DNA of 64,000 nt from Acutalibacteraceae bacterium (GTDB taxonomy: Bacteria; Bacillota; Clostridia; Oscillospirales; Acutalibacteraceae). Of this stretch, positions 47,281 to 58,376 are shown piece after piece. Both the position numbers and the translations under genes were made by a program. A model generated the notes under the pieces. The model was not told the origin of the DNA. It saw nothing but the letters and a program-made list of their open reading frames with translations, and did not search any database. The stretch lies in the NCBI GenBank assembly GCA_045588995.1, contig JAZNFF010000044.1, positions 6,174-70,173 of the forward strand. Direction: 5' to 3'. The stretch's first letter is position 1. Every line of letters starts with the position of its first letter.

Positions 47281-47744
47281 AAGCAGTAATTCAGCGTGTT
47301 AAGGAGGCCTCCGTTGCAGTCAACGGTAAAACCGTGGGTTCTTGCAAAGAAGGATATATGATTCTTTATTGCGCGGTAGAAGGGGATACCAAAGAGGATA
47401 TTTCTTTGCTCGCCCGCAAGGTCGCAAATCTTCGCGTTTTTTGCGATAGCGAAGATAAAATGAATTTATCTATTCTTGATGTGAAGGGTGAAATTTTATG
47501 CATTTCACAGTTTACCCTTGCCGCCGATACCAAAAAAGGAAATAGACCTTCCTTTATATCGGCAATGAAACCCGATATGGCAAGCGAATATTATGATATT
47601 TTCTGTCAAGAACTTTTAAATAACGGCATCAATAAGGTGGAAAAGGGAATATTCGGTGAAGATATGAAGGTATCCCTTATTAACAATGGTCCCGTAACCA
47701 TTATCCTTGATACAGATGTCTGGAAAAGGAAAGATATCATATGA
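47277..47744 (+). CDS. dtd: D-aminoacyl-tRNA deacylase
   Basis: 155 aa. Reads MKAVIQRVKEASV and SQFTL...G.RPSF. It overlaps rel by 4 nt. Confidence 0.93.
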   Translation: MKAVIQRVKEASVAVNGKTVGSCKEGYMILYCAVEGDTKEDISLLARKVANLRVFCDSEDKMNLSILDVKGEILCISQFTLAADTKKGNRPSFISAMKPDMASEYYDIFCQELLNNGINKVEKGIFGEDMKVSLINNGPVTIILDTDVWKRKDII

Positions 47745-48349
47745 AAATATCCGTATTGGAAATAGGTAGTAGCCCTACAAATTGTTATTTGCTGCGTACC
47801 GATAAAGCGGCCGTAGTTATAGACCCGGGTGTTAGGGATAATCGTATCGATGCATTTTTAGAAGAAAATGCGGATAAAGAGAGACTGATTATTATTACCC
47901 ACGCTCACTTTGATCACATAGGCGGCGCTGAAGAATTGCGTGAAAAATATGGGGTAAATATTCTTATCGGTGAAAAGGATAATGCCGCGCTTTCCGACCC
48001 TATTATTAACGAATCTATAAGATTCCGTGTTAATATTAACCCATTTGCCGCAGATAAAACTGTGGTTGATGGTGAAAAATTTGCGGTAGGCGATATTGAG
48101 TTTACCGCGATAGAAACGCCCGGTCATACGGTGGGTAGCACCTGCTTTTATATTGATGGGATTCTTTTTACCGGAGATACACTATTTTGCCGAGGTATCG
48201 GCAGAAGTGATTTTCAAGGCGGAAATCAGATGGAACTTATGCGTTCGCTAAAGCGAATTATAAATATGTTTCCTAAAAACACATCGGTTTTATCGGGGCA
48301 CGGTCCCAAAACTACTATTGCCGATGAACTTATTTGGTTTGGATTTTAA
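47741..48349 (+). CDS. MBL-fold metallo-hydrolase
   Basis: 202 aa. Has the THAHFDHIGG metal motif and TPGHT. Confidence 0.88.
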   Translation: MKISVLEIGSSPTNCYLLRTDKAAVVIDPGVRDNRIDAFLEENADKERLIIITHAHFDHIGGAEELREKYGVNILIGEKDNAALSDPIINESIRFRVNINPFAADKTVVDGEKFAVGDIEFTAIETPGHTVGSTCFYIDGILFTGDTLFCRGIGRSDFQGGNQMELMRSLKRIINMFPKNTSVLSGHGPKTTIADELIWFGF

Positions 48350-48351
48350 AA

Positions 48352-49836
48352 ATGAAACTTTGTAATATCGGTCATAATTTTGACTACGAAACCGAAAAGT
48401 TAATACGAATTTTTTTGCCCTTCGAAAAGATTGAGGTTTTACATACCGTAGAATCGGATGACAAGGTGGCTGTTTGCAAATTTGAGGAATATAATGATGG
48501 TGTAAAGATATCATCCCAACTTACCTTATCCGGTAAAACCGCTAACTTTTGTGAAGTTTTAAAGAGGCAGGAAAATGCCATCGAAACTTTCGAAAAGATT
48601 TGCGAAAGAACGGTCGCCACAACCCTTTTTGAATGTTTTTCGGAACTTATGGGATATAAAGCGCCGTGGGGCATTTTAACGGGTGTGCGTCCCGCACGGC
48701 TTTTTTCGAGAACGGTAAAAAAGCTTGGAAGGGAAAAGGCGCTTTGCCGTTTTGCCGATGACTTTAAGGTGAGCAAAACTAAAATATCGCTTTGCGAAGA
48801 GGCATATAGAGGCGAAAATGCTATAACGGAACTCTCGCAACCTGATTCCTTTAGTTTGTATGTTTCCATCCCGTTTTGCCCGTCAAGGTGTAATTATTGT
48901 TCCTTTGTTTCTCATTCGGTTGAAAAAGCAGGGGATTTAATTCCCGATTATGTTAGTCACCTTTGCCGAGAAATCGAAGTTACCGCAAATATGGTGACGG
49001 AACTGGGTCTTCGGCTTGAAACTGTGTATGTGGGTGGTGGCACTCCTACCGCTATTGATTCTCATCTGCTTAAAAAAGTTTTGGATGCTATAAATTTCAA
49101 TTTCGATTTTTCTTGTGTCCGCGAGTTTACCGTTGAGGCGGGAAGACCTGATACAGTTACCAAGGAAAAATTAACGGTTATCAAGAATAGCGGCGCCACA
49201 AGAATAAGCATTAATCCTCAAACTATGAACGACGATGTGCTTATAAACATTGGCAGAAAACATACTGCGCAACAAATGAGAGATGCCTTTAATTTGGCGC
49301 GGCAAATGGGATTTGATAATATCAATACCGATCTTATTGCCGGTCTTAAGGGTGATACCTTTGATAGTTTTTCAAAAACGGTCGAAGAAATTTTGGCTCT
49401 TGACCCCGAAAGCGTTACCGTTCATTCTCTCTCAATGAAAAGGGCATCTACTATTACGGTAAAGGGCGAATTCCCCGATATCAAAGCTGGTGCAGAGGCA
49501 ACTTTAATGGTGGATTATGCTCGCAAACGGCTTACTGATGCGAAGATTAAACCGTATTATATGTATCGCCAGAGTAAAACCGTTGGCAACCTTGAAAATG
49601 TAGGTTATGCTAAAGAGGGAAAAGAGTGCCTTTATAATGTTTATATAATGGATGAAACCCATACGATACTCGCTTGCGGCGCATCGGCAGTAACTAAACT
49701 GCGTGAGCCCAATGGCGATAACATAGAACGAATTTTTAATTATAAATACCCTTATGAGTATATAAGCCGATTTGACGATATGCTTCAAAGGAAAAAAAGC
49801 GTAATTGATTTTTATAAAAAGTATAAATTAATCTGA
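48352..49836 (+). CDS. radical SAM oxygen-independent coproporphyrinogen-III-oxidase-like protein (HemZ/HemN family)
   Basis: Has the CPSRCNYCSF CxxxCxxC cluster and is about 495 aa. The start is taken at the ATG at 48352, just after the stop of the preceding gene. Confidence 0.85.
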   Translation: MKLCNIGHNFDYETEKLIRIFLPFEKIEVLHTVESDDKVAVCKFEEYNDGVKISSQLTLSGKTANFCEVLKRQENAIETFEKICERTVATTLFECFSELMGYKAPWGILTGVRPARLFSRTVKKLGREKALCRFADDFKVSKTKISLCEEAYRGENAITELSQPDSFSLYVSIPFCPSRCNYCSFVSHSVEKAGDLIPDYVSHLCREIEVTANMVTELGLRLETVYVGGGTPTAIDSHLLKKVLDAINFNFDFSCVREFTVEAGRPDTVTKEKLTVIKNSGATRISINPQTMNDDVLINIGRKHTAQQMRDAFNLARQMGFDNINTDLIAGLKGDTFDSFSKTVEEILALDPESVTVHSLSMKRASTITVKGEFPDIKAGAEATLMVDYARKRLTDAKIKPYYMYRQSKTVGNLENVGYAKEGKECLYNVYIMDETHTILACGASAVTKLREPNGDNIERIFNYKYPYEYISRFDDMLQRKKSVIDFYKKYKLI

Positions 49837-49849
49837 AAGGAATGTGGAT

Positions 49850-50209
49850 ATGGATTTTTTTGATAATGCCATAAATAAGGCCAAAGAGGTAGTGGATATC
49901 GCCTATAAAAAAACCGAAGAGGTGGTTTTGACCGAAAAACAGAAGTTTGATATTGCATCCCTTAATTCTAAAATAGATAAGGATTATAAAGCATTGGGAC
50001 AAATTTTTTATCAACTTTATAAGGATAATGAAGATATTCCCGATGATGCTAAAAATTTAATCAAGAATATCAATGAAAAAAAGTTAAAGATTAAAGAGTT
50101 GAAGGAAGAAATAGGGGAAACCAAAAATAAAGCGGTTTGTCCTCACTGTCAAAATTATATTCCCCAAAACGCAGTTTTTTGCAGTGTTTGCGGTGAAAAA
50201 TTAAAGTAG
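49850..50209 (+). CDS. coiled-coil protein with a C-terminal zinc ribbon
   Basis: CPHC...CSVCG lies at the C-terminus. The ATG at 49850 sits 8 nt after AAAGGA. Confidence 0.6.
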   Translation: MDFFDNAINKAKEVVDIAYKKTEEVVLTEKQKFDIASLNSKIDKDYKALGQIFYQLYKDNEDIPDDAKNLIKNINEKKLKIKELKEEIGETKNKAVCPHCQNYIPQNAVFCSVCGEKLK

Positions 50210-50215
50210 GAAAAT

Positions 50216-50908
50216 ATGAATAGGAATTTAAAAATAGGTGTAATTGTTGCAGATATTGATGAATATCTGCCCTTTATAAAAGAGATAGAAAAATATTCAC
50301 CCGAAAAGTATAACTTTTTTAAAAATGAGGGTGTAAAATTCAATATTAATGATGCCGAAGTAATCTGTGTTCATTGCGGAATAGGTAAGGTTAATGCCGC
50401 TGCGGCTGCCGCAGTTTTATCCGATAAATGCGATATAATTCTCAATTTTGGTTTATCTGGCGGTATAAGCGGCGCAAGAAAAGGCGATATATGCTTCCCT
50501 GATAGATATTTAGAACACGACTTTAACCTAACGATGATTGGCTATAAGCCCTGCGAAAAACCGGGACAAGAGTATATTTATTCAGCCGATAAAAAATTAC
50601 TCGGTTTGGCAAAAGATATTCTTTCGGGAATAAGCGGTACTGCAGCCTGCGGCGATAGATTTATATGCGATGATTCCGAAAGAGCGTTTTTAAAAGAAAA
50701 CTTTGGCGCGGTTTCTTGCGATATGGAAACGGCGGCTATAGCATCCGTTTGTCATTTCGCCGAGATTCCTTTTATAGCTATAAGAAGAATCTCCGATGAT
50801 GCGGGAAATGATGCCGCTCAAAGCTATACAGAAATGAATAAAAATGAGGGTGAAACCCTTAGCCGAACATTTCTAAAATATCTATGTTTTGTGTGTGAAA
50901 ACTATTAA
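50216..50908 (+). CDS. mtnN: 5'-methylthioadenosine/S-adenosylhomocysteine nucleosidase
   Basis: 230 aa. Reads GIGKVNAAAAAA, SCDMETAAIA and RRISD, typical of the PNP_UDP_1 / Pfs family. Confidence 0.85.
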   Translation: MNRNLKIGVIVADIDEYLPFIKEIEKYSPEKYNFFKNEGVKFNINDAEVICVHCGIGKVNAAAAAAVLSDKCDIILNFGLSGGISGARKGDICFPDRYLEHDFNLTMIGYKPCEKPGQEYIYSADKKLLGLAKDILSGISGTAACGDRFICDDSERAFLKENFGAVSCDMETAAIASVCHFAEIPFIAIRRISDDAGNDAAQSYTEMNKNEGETLSRTFLKYLCFVCENY

Positions 50909-50934
50909 AAGCACAAGTTTTTGTGCTTTTTTGT
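50907..50934 (+). terminator. rho-independent terminator
   Basis: Stem AAAGCACAA / TTGTGCTTT with loop GTTT, followed by TTT. Confidence 0.75.
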
Positions 50935-51092
50935 GGTGAAAATATCTAATTTTTGTGAAATATTTTGATGAAAACATAAAATTTACTAAAAAACGGTTGA
51001 TTTTTTTAAAACAATATGTTAAAAATATATAGTACGGTAATGGCGTTGCCCTTACCAACAGCGTTTCACAAAAATTTTTTGGAGGTTCAAAA

Positions 51093-51368
51093 ATGAACAA
51101 GACAGAATTAGTAGCAGCCGTTGCTGCAAAAGCAGAGATTTCTAAGAAGGATGCCGAGAAGGCAGTTGCCGCAGTTATCGACTCTGTAGTTGATACTCTT
51201 AAGGCAGGCGATAAAGTTCAGCTCGTAGGTTTTGGTACTTTTGAAGTTCGCACCCGCGCTGCAAGAACCGGTATTAACCCCCGCACTAAAGAGACCATTA
51301 AGATTGCTGCTTCCAAGAATCCCGTATTCAAGGCAGGCAAAGCTCTTAAGGATGCTGTTGCAAAATAA
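51093..51368 (+). CDS. hup: DNA-binding protein HU
   Basis: 91 aa. Reads MNKTELV...[26 protein letters not shown] lies upstream. Confidence 0.97.
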   Translation: MNKTELVAAVAAKAEISKKDAEKAVAAVIDSVVDTLKAGDKVQLVGFGTFEVRTRAARTGINPRTKETIKIAASKNPVFKAGKALKDAVAK

Positions 51369-51388
51369 TTTTTGCGCTACTTAAAATT

Positions 51389-51421
51389 ATAGACGGGCAA
51401 TAACTGCTCGTCTATTTTTTT
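51389..51421 (+). terminator. rho-independent terminator after hup
   Basis: Stem TAGACG-GCA / TGC-CGTCTA, imperfect, followed by TTTTTTT. Confidence 0.7.
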
Positions 51422-51438
51422 AGCATTGTGAGGTTTTT

Positions 51439-51681
51439 ATGAGACTTGATAAATACTTAAAGGTGTCCCGCATAATTAAACGTCGCACGGTGGCAAATGA
51501 GGCCTGCGATGCGGGAAGGGTAGAGGTGAACGGCAAGGTAGCCAGAGCATCATACGATGTGAAGGTTGGCGATATTATAAATATTTCCTTTGGTACGAGG
51601 GATATTAAAATTGAAGTCACCGATGTGAGCGAAGTTATTCGCAAGGATGATGCCGTCTCTCTATATAAAATAGTAGAATAA
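51439..51681 (+). CDS. yabO: S4-domain RNA-binding protein (YabO/Hsp15-like)
   Basis: 80 aa. Reads MRLDKYLKVSRIIKRRTVA...V.VNGK. The hup-yabO-yabP-yabQ synteny supports the call. Confidence 0.85.
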   Translation: MRLDKYLKVSRIIKRRTVANEACDAGRVEVNGKVARASYDVKVGDIINISFGTRDIKIEVTDVSEVIRKDDAVSLYKIVE

Positions 51682-51687
51682 GATTTA

Positions 51688-51764
51688 CACCCCGTAAATA
51701 TATTTAGATAGGGTAGAAAAGTTGTTTACCTGAGTTTAGATATATTTATGGGGTGTTTTATTTT
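51688..51764 (+). terminator. long hairpin (about 21 bp including G-U pairs) plus T-tract between yabO and yabP
   Basis: The 5' arm CACCCCGTAAATATATTTAGA (51688-51708) pairs with the 3' arm TTTAGATATATTTATGGGGTG (51735-51755). TTTTATTTT follows. Confidence 0.6.
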
Positions 51765-52032
51765 GGAGGAAAATTATTCTTCTCAAAACATTATTGTTGA
51801 AGCAAGAAAGCATCTTGAAATTTCGGGGGTAAAGGATGTGCTTTCTTTCGATGAGGAGACCTTGCTTTTAGATTCGGTTATGGGCAAAATAACCATAAAA
51901 GGCGAAGGTATGCATATTGAAAGTTTCAATACCACTACGGGTGATCTTACGGCATCGGGTAAGGTACACGCGGTAGTATATATGTCAGATGTGAAATCAG
52001 AAGGCGGATTCTTATCGCGCATTTTCAGATAG
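51748..52032 (+). CDS. yabP: sporulation protein YabP
   Basis: Reads LEISGVKDVLSFDEETLLLDSVMGKITIKGEGMHIESF...GKVHAVVY, which matches the YabP family. The exact start is uncertain because the ATG at 51748 lies inside the hairpin and GGAGG lies just downstream. Confidence 0.8.
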   Translation: MGCFILEENYSSQNIIVEARKHLEISGVKDVLSFDEETLLLDSVMGKITIKGEGMHIESFNTTTGDLTASGKVHAVVYMSDVKSEGGFLSRIFR

Positions 52033-52035
52033 CTT

Positions 52036-52575
52036 ATGTGGGAAATTAGTATTAATAATCAAATAATAACGTTTTTGCTTTCCTTGGTACTGGGGGTTGT
52101 TTTGTGTGCCTTTTACGATACTTTCCGAGCAATAAGAAAGGTTGGATTTAATTCTTTCGCTGCTACGTTTATTTCTGATTTGGTATTTTGGATTGTATCG
52201 GGCTTTATAACATTTTTGTTTCTTATAGCCAGAACAAACGGAGCGCCCAGAGGGTATGTTTTTTTAACGGCACTGATGGGATTTATTATTTTCAGAGCAA
52301 CGCTATCAAGGTTTTGGATAGGCATTTTAGTGTTTTTGATAAAAAATATTGTAGGATTTTTAAGGTTTATTTATACTTGGTTTTATCGCTTTTGGGATAA
52401 AACCACTTATCTTTTACACAAACTTTTGTTAAAAATTATTAAAAGAGGTAAAAGATGGCTTCAAAAGTTAAAAAAACTCTTGAAATATAGGTATAATATG
52501 TTATATACTAAAAGAAATATAAAAACTTCACGGAACGGAGATGAGGATTATGGCACAGGGGCAAAAAAAGCGTAA
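52036..52575 (+). CDS. yabQ: spore cortex biosynthesis membrane protein YabQ
   Basis: 179 aa with about 4 TM helices and a basic tail. Its position after yabP fits. Confidence 0.7.
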   Translation: MWEISINNQIITFLLSLVLGVVLCAFYDTFRAIRKVGFNSFAATFISDLVFWIVSGFITFLFLIARTNGAPRGYVFLTALMGFIIFRATLSRFWIGILVFLIKNIVGFLRFIYTWFYRFWDKTTYLLHKLLLKIIKRGKRWLQKLKKLLKYRYNMLYTKRNIKTSRNGDEDYGTGAKKA

Positions 52576-52840
52576 GAGCGTTATTTTGCGATTGTTGGTT
52601 ATCGGCGTTGCAGGTTATATGATTTTTAATGTTCTATCCCTTTATAGCACCCTTAATGAAAGCCGTAAGACTTTGGCTCAGCTTGAGGAAACCTCTGATA
52701 AAAAGCAGGCCGAGATTTCCGAACTTAAAGAACTTCTCCAAAATGGGTCGCAGGCCGATATAATCGAAAAAGCGGCAAGGGAACGGCTTGGATATGTTTA
52801 CTCCGATGAAGTTATATATATTGATATTTCTGGCAAATAA
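52541..52840 (+). CDS. divIC: septum formation initiator (DivIC/FtsB family)
   Basis: One TM helix, then a coiled coil, ending in ARERLGYVYSDEVIY, which is typical of DivIC/FtsB. The start may be the ATG at 52550. Confidence 0.8.
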   Translation: MRIMAQGQKKRKSVILRLLVIGVAGYMIFNVLSLYSTLNESRKTLAQLEETSDKKQAEISELKELLQNGSQADIIEKAARERLGYVYSDEVIYIDISGK

Positions 52841-52860
52841 CAGGGGGCACTTGCATTCTT

Positions 52861-53313
52861 ATGGAGTTTAAAATTGGGGAAATCTATCAAGGCAAAATCA
52901 CAGGCATCACCAAATTCGGCGTATTCGTGGATTTGGGCGATAACACTTCGGGTATGGTACATATTTCGGAGGTTGCCCGTTCCTTCGTTAACGATATTAA
53001 TGAGCACGTTAAAATGGGCGAAGAGGTTAAGGTAAAGGTTCTTTCTATCAGTGATGAGGGTAAAATAGCCCTTAGCATCAAGAAAGCTTTGGAACCCGAA
53101 AGAAGTGAAAATGGCGGTAAGCCGAGGGAAAGAAGACCTCGTCAACCGCAGGTTATCGATAGTTCATATACTTGGACTGCCAAGAGAAGTGAACCCGAAG
53201 ATTTTGAAGATATGATGAACCGTTTTAAACAAACGAGTGACGAAAAGTTCTCCGATTTAAAACGAAAAAATCCGGAAACACGCCGTTCTAAGCGTGGAGC
53301 TAATGTAAGATAA
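52861..53313 (+). CDS. yabR: S1-domain RNA-binding protein YabR
   Basis: 150 aa. The S1 fold reads GEIYQGKITGITKFGVFVDLG...GMVHISEV. The C-terminus is basic/acidic. Confidence 0.85.
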   Translation: MEFKIGEIYQGKITGITKFGVFVDLGDNTSGMVHISEVARSFVNDINEHVKMGEEVKVKVLSISDEGKIALSIKKALEPERSENGGKPRERRPRQPQVIDSSYTWTAKRSEPEDFEDMMNRFKQTSDEKFSDLKRKNPETRRSKRGANVR

Positions 53314-53375
53314 AACAAAGGGCGGTTTTACATTTTGTTTGTGAGACTGTCCTCTTTTTTTAGTGAAGGGATAAT

Positions 53376-54221
53376 ATGAAGGAAATTAATGTTGCATTAA
53401 TTGAAAATGCGGTAGCAAAACTTTGTATAGAATCAAATAAAGATTTACCGCAGGATATTAAGGATGGAATATGCGACGCCAAGTGCAATGAGTGCAATGC
53501 TCTTGCAAAATCAGTTCTTAGCGAGTTAGTAAAGAATCTGGAAGCATCAAAAGAACTCGATATTCCGATTTGTCAGGATACGGGTATGGCGATTGTGTTT
53601 CTCGAAATCGGTCAGGATGTTCACCTTGTCGGCGGCGATATTTATGAAGCCATTAACCGCGGCGTTGCCAAAGGTTATACCGAGGGGCTTTTGCGCAAAT
53701 CGGTTGTTGGTGACCCATTGAGAAGGAAAAATACCGATGATAATACCCCCGCCGTAATTCACACTCGAATTGTTAGCGGCGATGAGGTCAAAATTACGGT
53801 TGCGCCAAAAGGTTTTGGCAGTGAAAATATGAGCGGCATAAGAATGCTAACCCCATTTGATTCAAGACAAGGTGTTATAAATGCAGTTTTAGAAATAGTG
53901 AAAAACGCTTCCGATAATCCTTGTCCGCCTATGGTCATAGGTGTGGGTATCGGCGGTGATTTCGAGCAGTGTGCCTATCTTTCGAAAAAAGCGTTGTTGA
54001 GAAACATATCAGAAAGAAATAGCGACCTTTATTATAAAGAACTTGAAGAAGAGATTTTAGATTTGGTAAACGAACTAAATATTGGCCCTCAGGGCTTTGG
54101 AGGAAATACTACCGCCTTGGCAGTCAATATTGAAACCGCGCCCACTCATATAGCGGGTCTTCCCGTGGCGGTTAATATCGGATGTCACGTTACCAGACAT
54201 AAGTTTATGGTGATAAAATGA
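53376..54221 (+). CDS. class I (Fe-S) fumarate hydratase / tartrate dehydratase alpha subunit
   Basis: 281 aa. Reads PICQDTGMAIVFLEIGQDV, GFGSENMS and GIGGDFE, typical of Fe-S hydro-lyase alpha domains. Confidence 0.85.
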   Translation: MKEINVALIENAVAKLCIESNKDLPQDIKDGICDAKCNECNALAKSVLSELVKNLEASKELDIPICQDTGMAIVFLEIGQDVHLVGGDIYEAINRGVAKGYTEGLLRKSVVGDPLRRKNTDDNTPAVIHTRIVSGDEVKITVAPKGFGSENMSGIRMLTPFDSRQGVINAVLEIVKNASDNPCPPMVIGVGIGGDFEQCAYLSKKALLRNISERNSDLYYKELEEEILDLVNELNIGPQGFGGNTTALAVNIETAPTHIAGLPVAVNIGCHVTRHKFMVIK

Positions 54222-55345
54222 ACGAAAAAATAAATTTAGTTGCCCCTTGTATCTTCGGTATAGAAAGTGTTGCCGCGGATGAATTTAAAAGAATGGGCTT
54301 TACGGATGTTACGGTTGAAAACGGCAGAGTTCTTTTGTCGGGAGATTTTAATATGTTGGCGAGAGCCAATATTAATTCTCGTTTTGCCGAGAGAATTCTT
54401 ATAAATATGGGGCAGTTTACTGCAACAAGTTTTACGGAACTTTTTGATAATGTTAAGGAAATTCCTTGGGAAAATTATATCGGTCGCGATGATGCATTTC
54501 CCGTAAAGGGTTGGAGTAACGAATCGGCGCTTCATAGCATACCCGACTGTCAGTCCATAATAAAAAAAGCCATCGTTTCCCGACTTGGTGAAAAATACGG
54601 CATAAATTGGTTTAGTGAAACCGGCCCCGAATATAGAGTAAGATTCTCCATAAGAAAAGATTTAGTTACTATGATGATTGATACATCGGGTGACGGACTT
54701 CATAAAAGGGGATACCGCAGAAATTCCAATGATGCGCCACTTAAGGAAACACTTGCCGCCGCTATGTGTGACTTGGCGCGTATCTATCCCGATACAAAAC
54801 TCTACGATCCGTTTTGCGGTAGCGGTACCATTTTAATTGAGGCCGCTTTGATGGCCACAAAAACTGCCCCAGGTCTTCGCCGATACTTTGCGGCGGAAAG
54901 ATTTGCATCTATTCCCAAATCCGCTTGGCAGCAGGAAAGAATGCGGGCGCAGGACAATATTCTTCATAATATTGATTTTGAAGGTATTGGTTTTGATATT
55001 AGCCCCGATTGCGTGGAACTCACCCTTGCAAATGCTAAAAAAGCAGGCGTTGAAAAATATGTAAAGGCGGCTGTTGGAGATGTGAGAAATTTTAGTATAT
55101 CTCACGATAGAAGTTTGCTTATCACAAACCCGCCTTACGGTGAACGACTTTTAGACATCAAAGAGGCGGAAACCCTTTATAAAATAATGGGCGAACGCTT
55201 CATTAAAGAGCAGGGAAAGAAATATTTTATCATCAGTCCCCACGATGAGTTTGAAAAACTCTACGGAAGCGAAGCCGATAAAAGAAGAAAACTTTATAAC
55301 GGAATGATAAAGTGTCAGTTGTTTATGTATTTTAAAAATAAATGA
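54218..55345 (+). CDS. THUMP-domain class I SAM-dependent RNA methyltransferase (RlmL/YpsC-like)
   Basis: 375 aa. SAM motif DPFCGSGTILIEAA and catalytic NPPYGERL. Confidence 0.85.
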   Translation: MNEKINLVAPCIFGIESVAADEFKRMGFTDVTVENGRVLLSGDFNMLARANINSRFAERILINMGQFTATSFTELFDNVKEIPWENYIGRDDAFPVKGWSNESALHSIPDCQSIIKKAIVSRLGEKYGINWFSETGPEYRVRFSIRKDLVTMMIDTSGDGLHKRGYRRNSNDAPLKETLAAAMCDLARIYPDTKLYDPFCGSGTILIEAALMATKTAPGLRRYFAAERFASIPKSAWQQERMRAQDNILHNIDFEGIGFDISPDCVELTLANAKKAGVEKYVKAAVGDVRNFSISHDRSLLITNPPYGERLLDIKEAETLYKIMGERFIKEQGKKYFIISPHDEFEKLYGSEADKRRKLYNGMIKCQLFMYFKNK

Positions 55346-55354
55346 GGAATTTAA

Positions 55355-56275
55355 ATGAGATATCTGTTTTTTATAAATCCCGTTGCCGGCAAAGGCAAAG
55401 GGCAGAAGAAAATTGCGGAATCAATCAAGAATTTTTTTAAAGAAAATGGCGGCGATTACCGTATAATAGTTACAGAACATAAGGGCCACGCTCAAAAACT
55501 TGCCAAAATCGAAGCCGAAACGGGCGAACCAATTACGATGTTTGCTTGCGGCGGTGAGGGAACTGTCTTTGAAGTTTTAAATGGCGTTGTCGGATATAAT
55601 AATGTGACTTTAGGTGTGCTTCCTTGCGGCTCTGCTAACGATTTTCTTAAATACTTCGGTGAATCTAAATCCTTTTTAAAAATAGATTCTCAAATGAATG
55701 GCGGAAGTGTTGAGATGGATATTATTAAGGCGGGGGATTACTATTGCCTTAACGGTTGCTCGGTGGGTATGGATGCGGTGGTGGCCAGAGAAATGTCTAC
55801 CTTTAAAAAATGGCCTCTTGTTTCCGGCTCTTTTGCGTATACTCTCGCTATTGTAAAAACATTTTTGGGCAAACTCGGTATAACCGCCAATATTTCTGTT
55901 GATGGTGAAAAACCGCAAAAGAAAAATTGCCTATTTGCCGTTGTTGCTAACGGCCCTTATTATGGCGGAGGATTTATGGGCGCTCCCGATGCAGTGCCTT
56001 TTGATTCTAAACTGGATTTTACTCTCGTAGACAATATACCCAAGTCAAAAATACTTAAATTTATTGGTCTATATAAAAAAGGGTTACATAAAATCCTTGA
56101 TTGCTGTCATATTAAAAACTGCGGCAGTATGGATTTTACTGCCGATAAACCCATACCCGTTAACCTTGACGGAGAAATAATCGAAACCGCAAAAATGCAT
56201 TTTGAAATAATAAAAAAAGGAATAAAATTTAATCTTCCCAAAGAGGTTTTTAATAAAGTGTTAATAAAAGTTTAA
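55355..56275 (+). CDS. diacylglycerol-kinase-family lipid kinase (YegS/BmrU/DagK type)
   Basis: 306 aa. Reads GGEGTVFEVLNG (GGDGT-like) and LPCGSANDF. Confidence 0.85.
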   Translation: MRYLFFINPVAGKGKGQKKIAESIKNFFKENGGDYRIIVTEHKGHAQKLAKIEAETGEPITMFACGGEGTVFEVLNGVVGYNNVTLGVLPCGSANDFLKYFGESKSFLKIDSQMNGGSVEMDIIKAGDYYCLNGCSVGMDAVVAREMSTFKKWPLVSGSFAYTLAIVKTFLGKLGITANISVDGEKPQKKNCLFAVVANGPYYGGGFMGAPDAVPFDSKLDFTLVDNIPKSKILKFIGLYKKGLHKILDCCHIKNCGSMDFTADKPIPVNLDGEIIETAKMHFEIIKKGIKFNLPKEVFNKVLIKV

Positions 56276-56290
56276 ATGTTTTCAACCTTG

Positions 56291-56318
56291 TTGACTTTTA
56301 ATATTTTTTGGATATAAT
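56291..56318 (+). promoter_or_regulatory. sigma-A type promoter of groESL (TTGACT-16-TATAAT)
   Basis: TTGACT at 56291-56296 and TATAAT at 56313-56318. No CIRCE inverted repeat lies between the promoter and groES. Confidence 0.55.
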
Positions 56319-56359
56319 TAGTAAATGTAAATTCTTTTGATAAATTGGAGGAAAATAAG

Positions 56360-56644
56360 ATGATCATTAAACCTTTGGCTGATAATGTGGTTATTAAATC
56401 AACCAAATCTGAAGAAACTACCAAAAGCGGAATCGTACTTACATCTGCTTCCAAAGAAAAACCCCAGATTGCAGAAGTAGTAGCGGTAGGCCCCGGCGGT
56501 ATGGTTGATGGTAAAGAAATCCCAATGACTGTTAAGGTGGGGGATAAGGTTATTGCCGCCAAATATTCAGGTACCGAAATCAAACTCGATGATGAGGAAT
56601 ATACCATTCTTCATATTTCTGATATTCTTGCAGTTGTGGAATAA
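56360..56644 (+). CDS. groES: co-chaperonin GroES
   Basis: Reads MIIKPLADNVVIK...SGIVL..., the GroES signature. The ATG at 56360 sits 8 nt after GGAGG. Confidence 0.97.
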   Translation: MIIKPLADNVVIKSTKSEETTKSGIVLTSASKEKPQIAEVVAVGPGGMVDGKEIPMTVKVGDKVIAAKYSGTEIKLDDEEYTILHISDILAVVE

Positions 56645-56657
56645 TAGAGAGGAGTAA

Positions 56658-58301
<1,644 letters not shown>

Positions 58302-58333
58302 TTTTCAAAGTTAAATTTAGGTTTTAAAAAATT

Positions 58334-58376
58334 AACCCCGATTTGTTAAAAAAACATTGACAAATCGGGGTTTTAA
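58334..58376 (+). terminator. rho-independent terminator after groEL
   Basis: 13-bp stem AACCCCGATTTGT / ACAAATCGGGGTT followed by TTT. The 3' arm overlaps the -35 of the next promoter. Confidence 0.8.
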
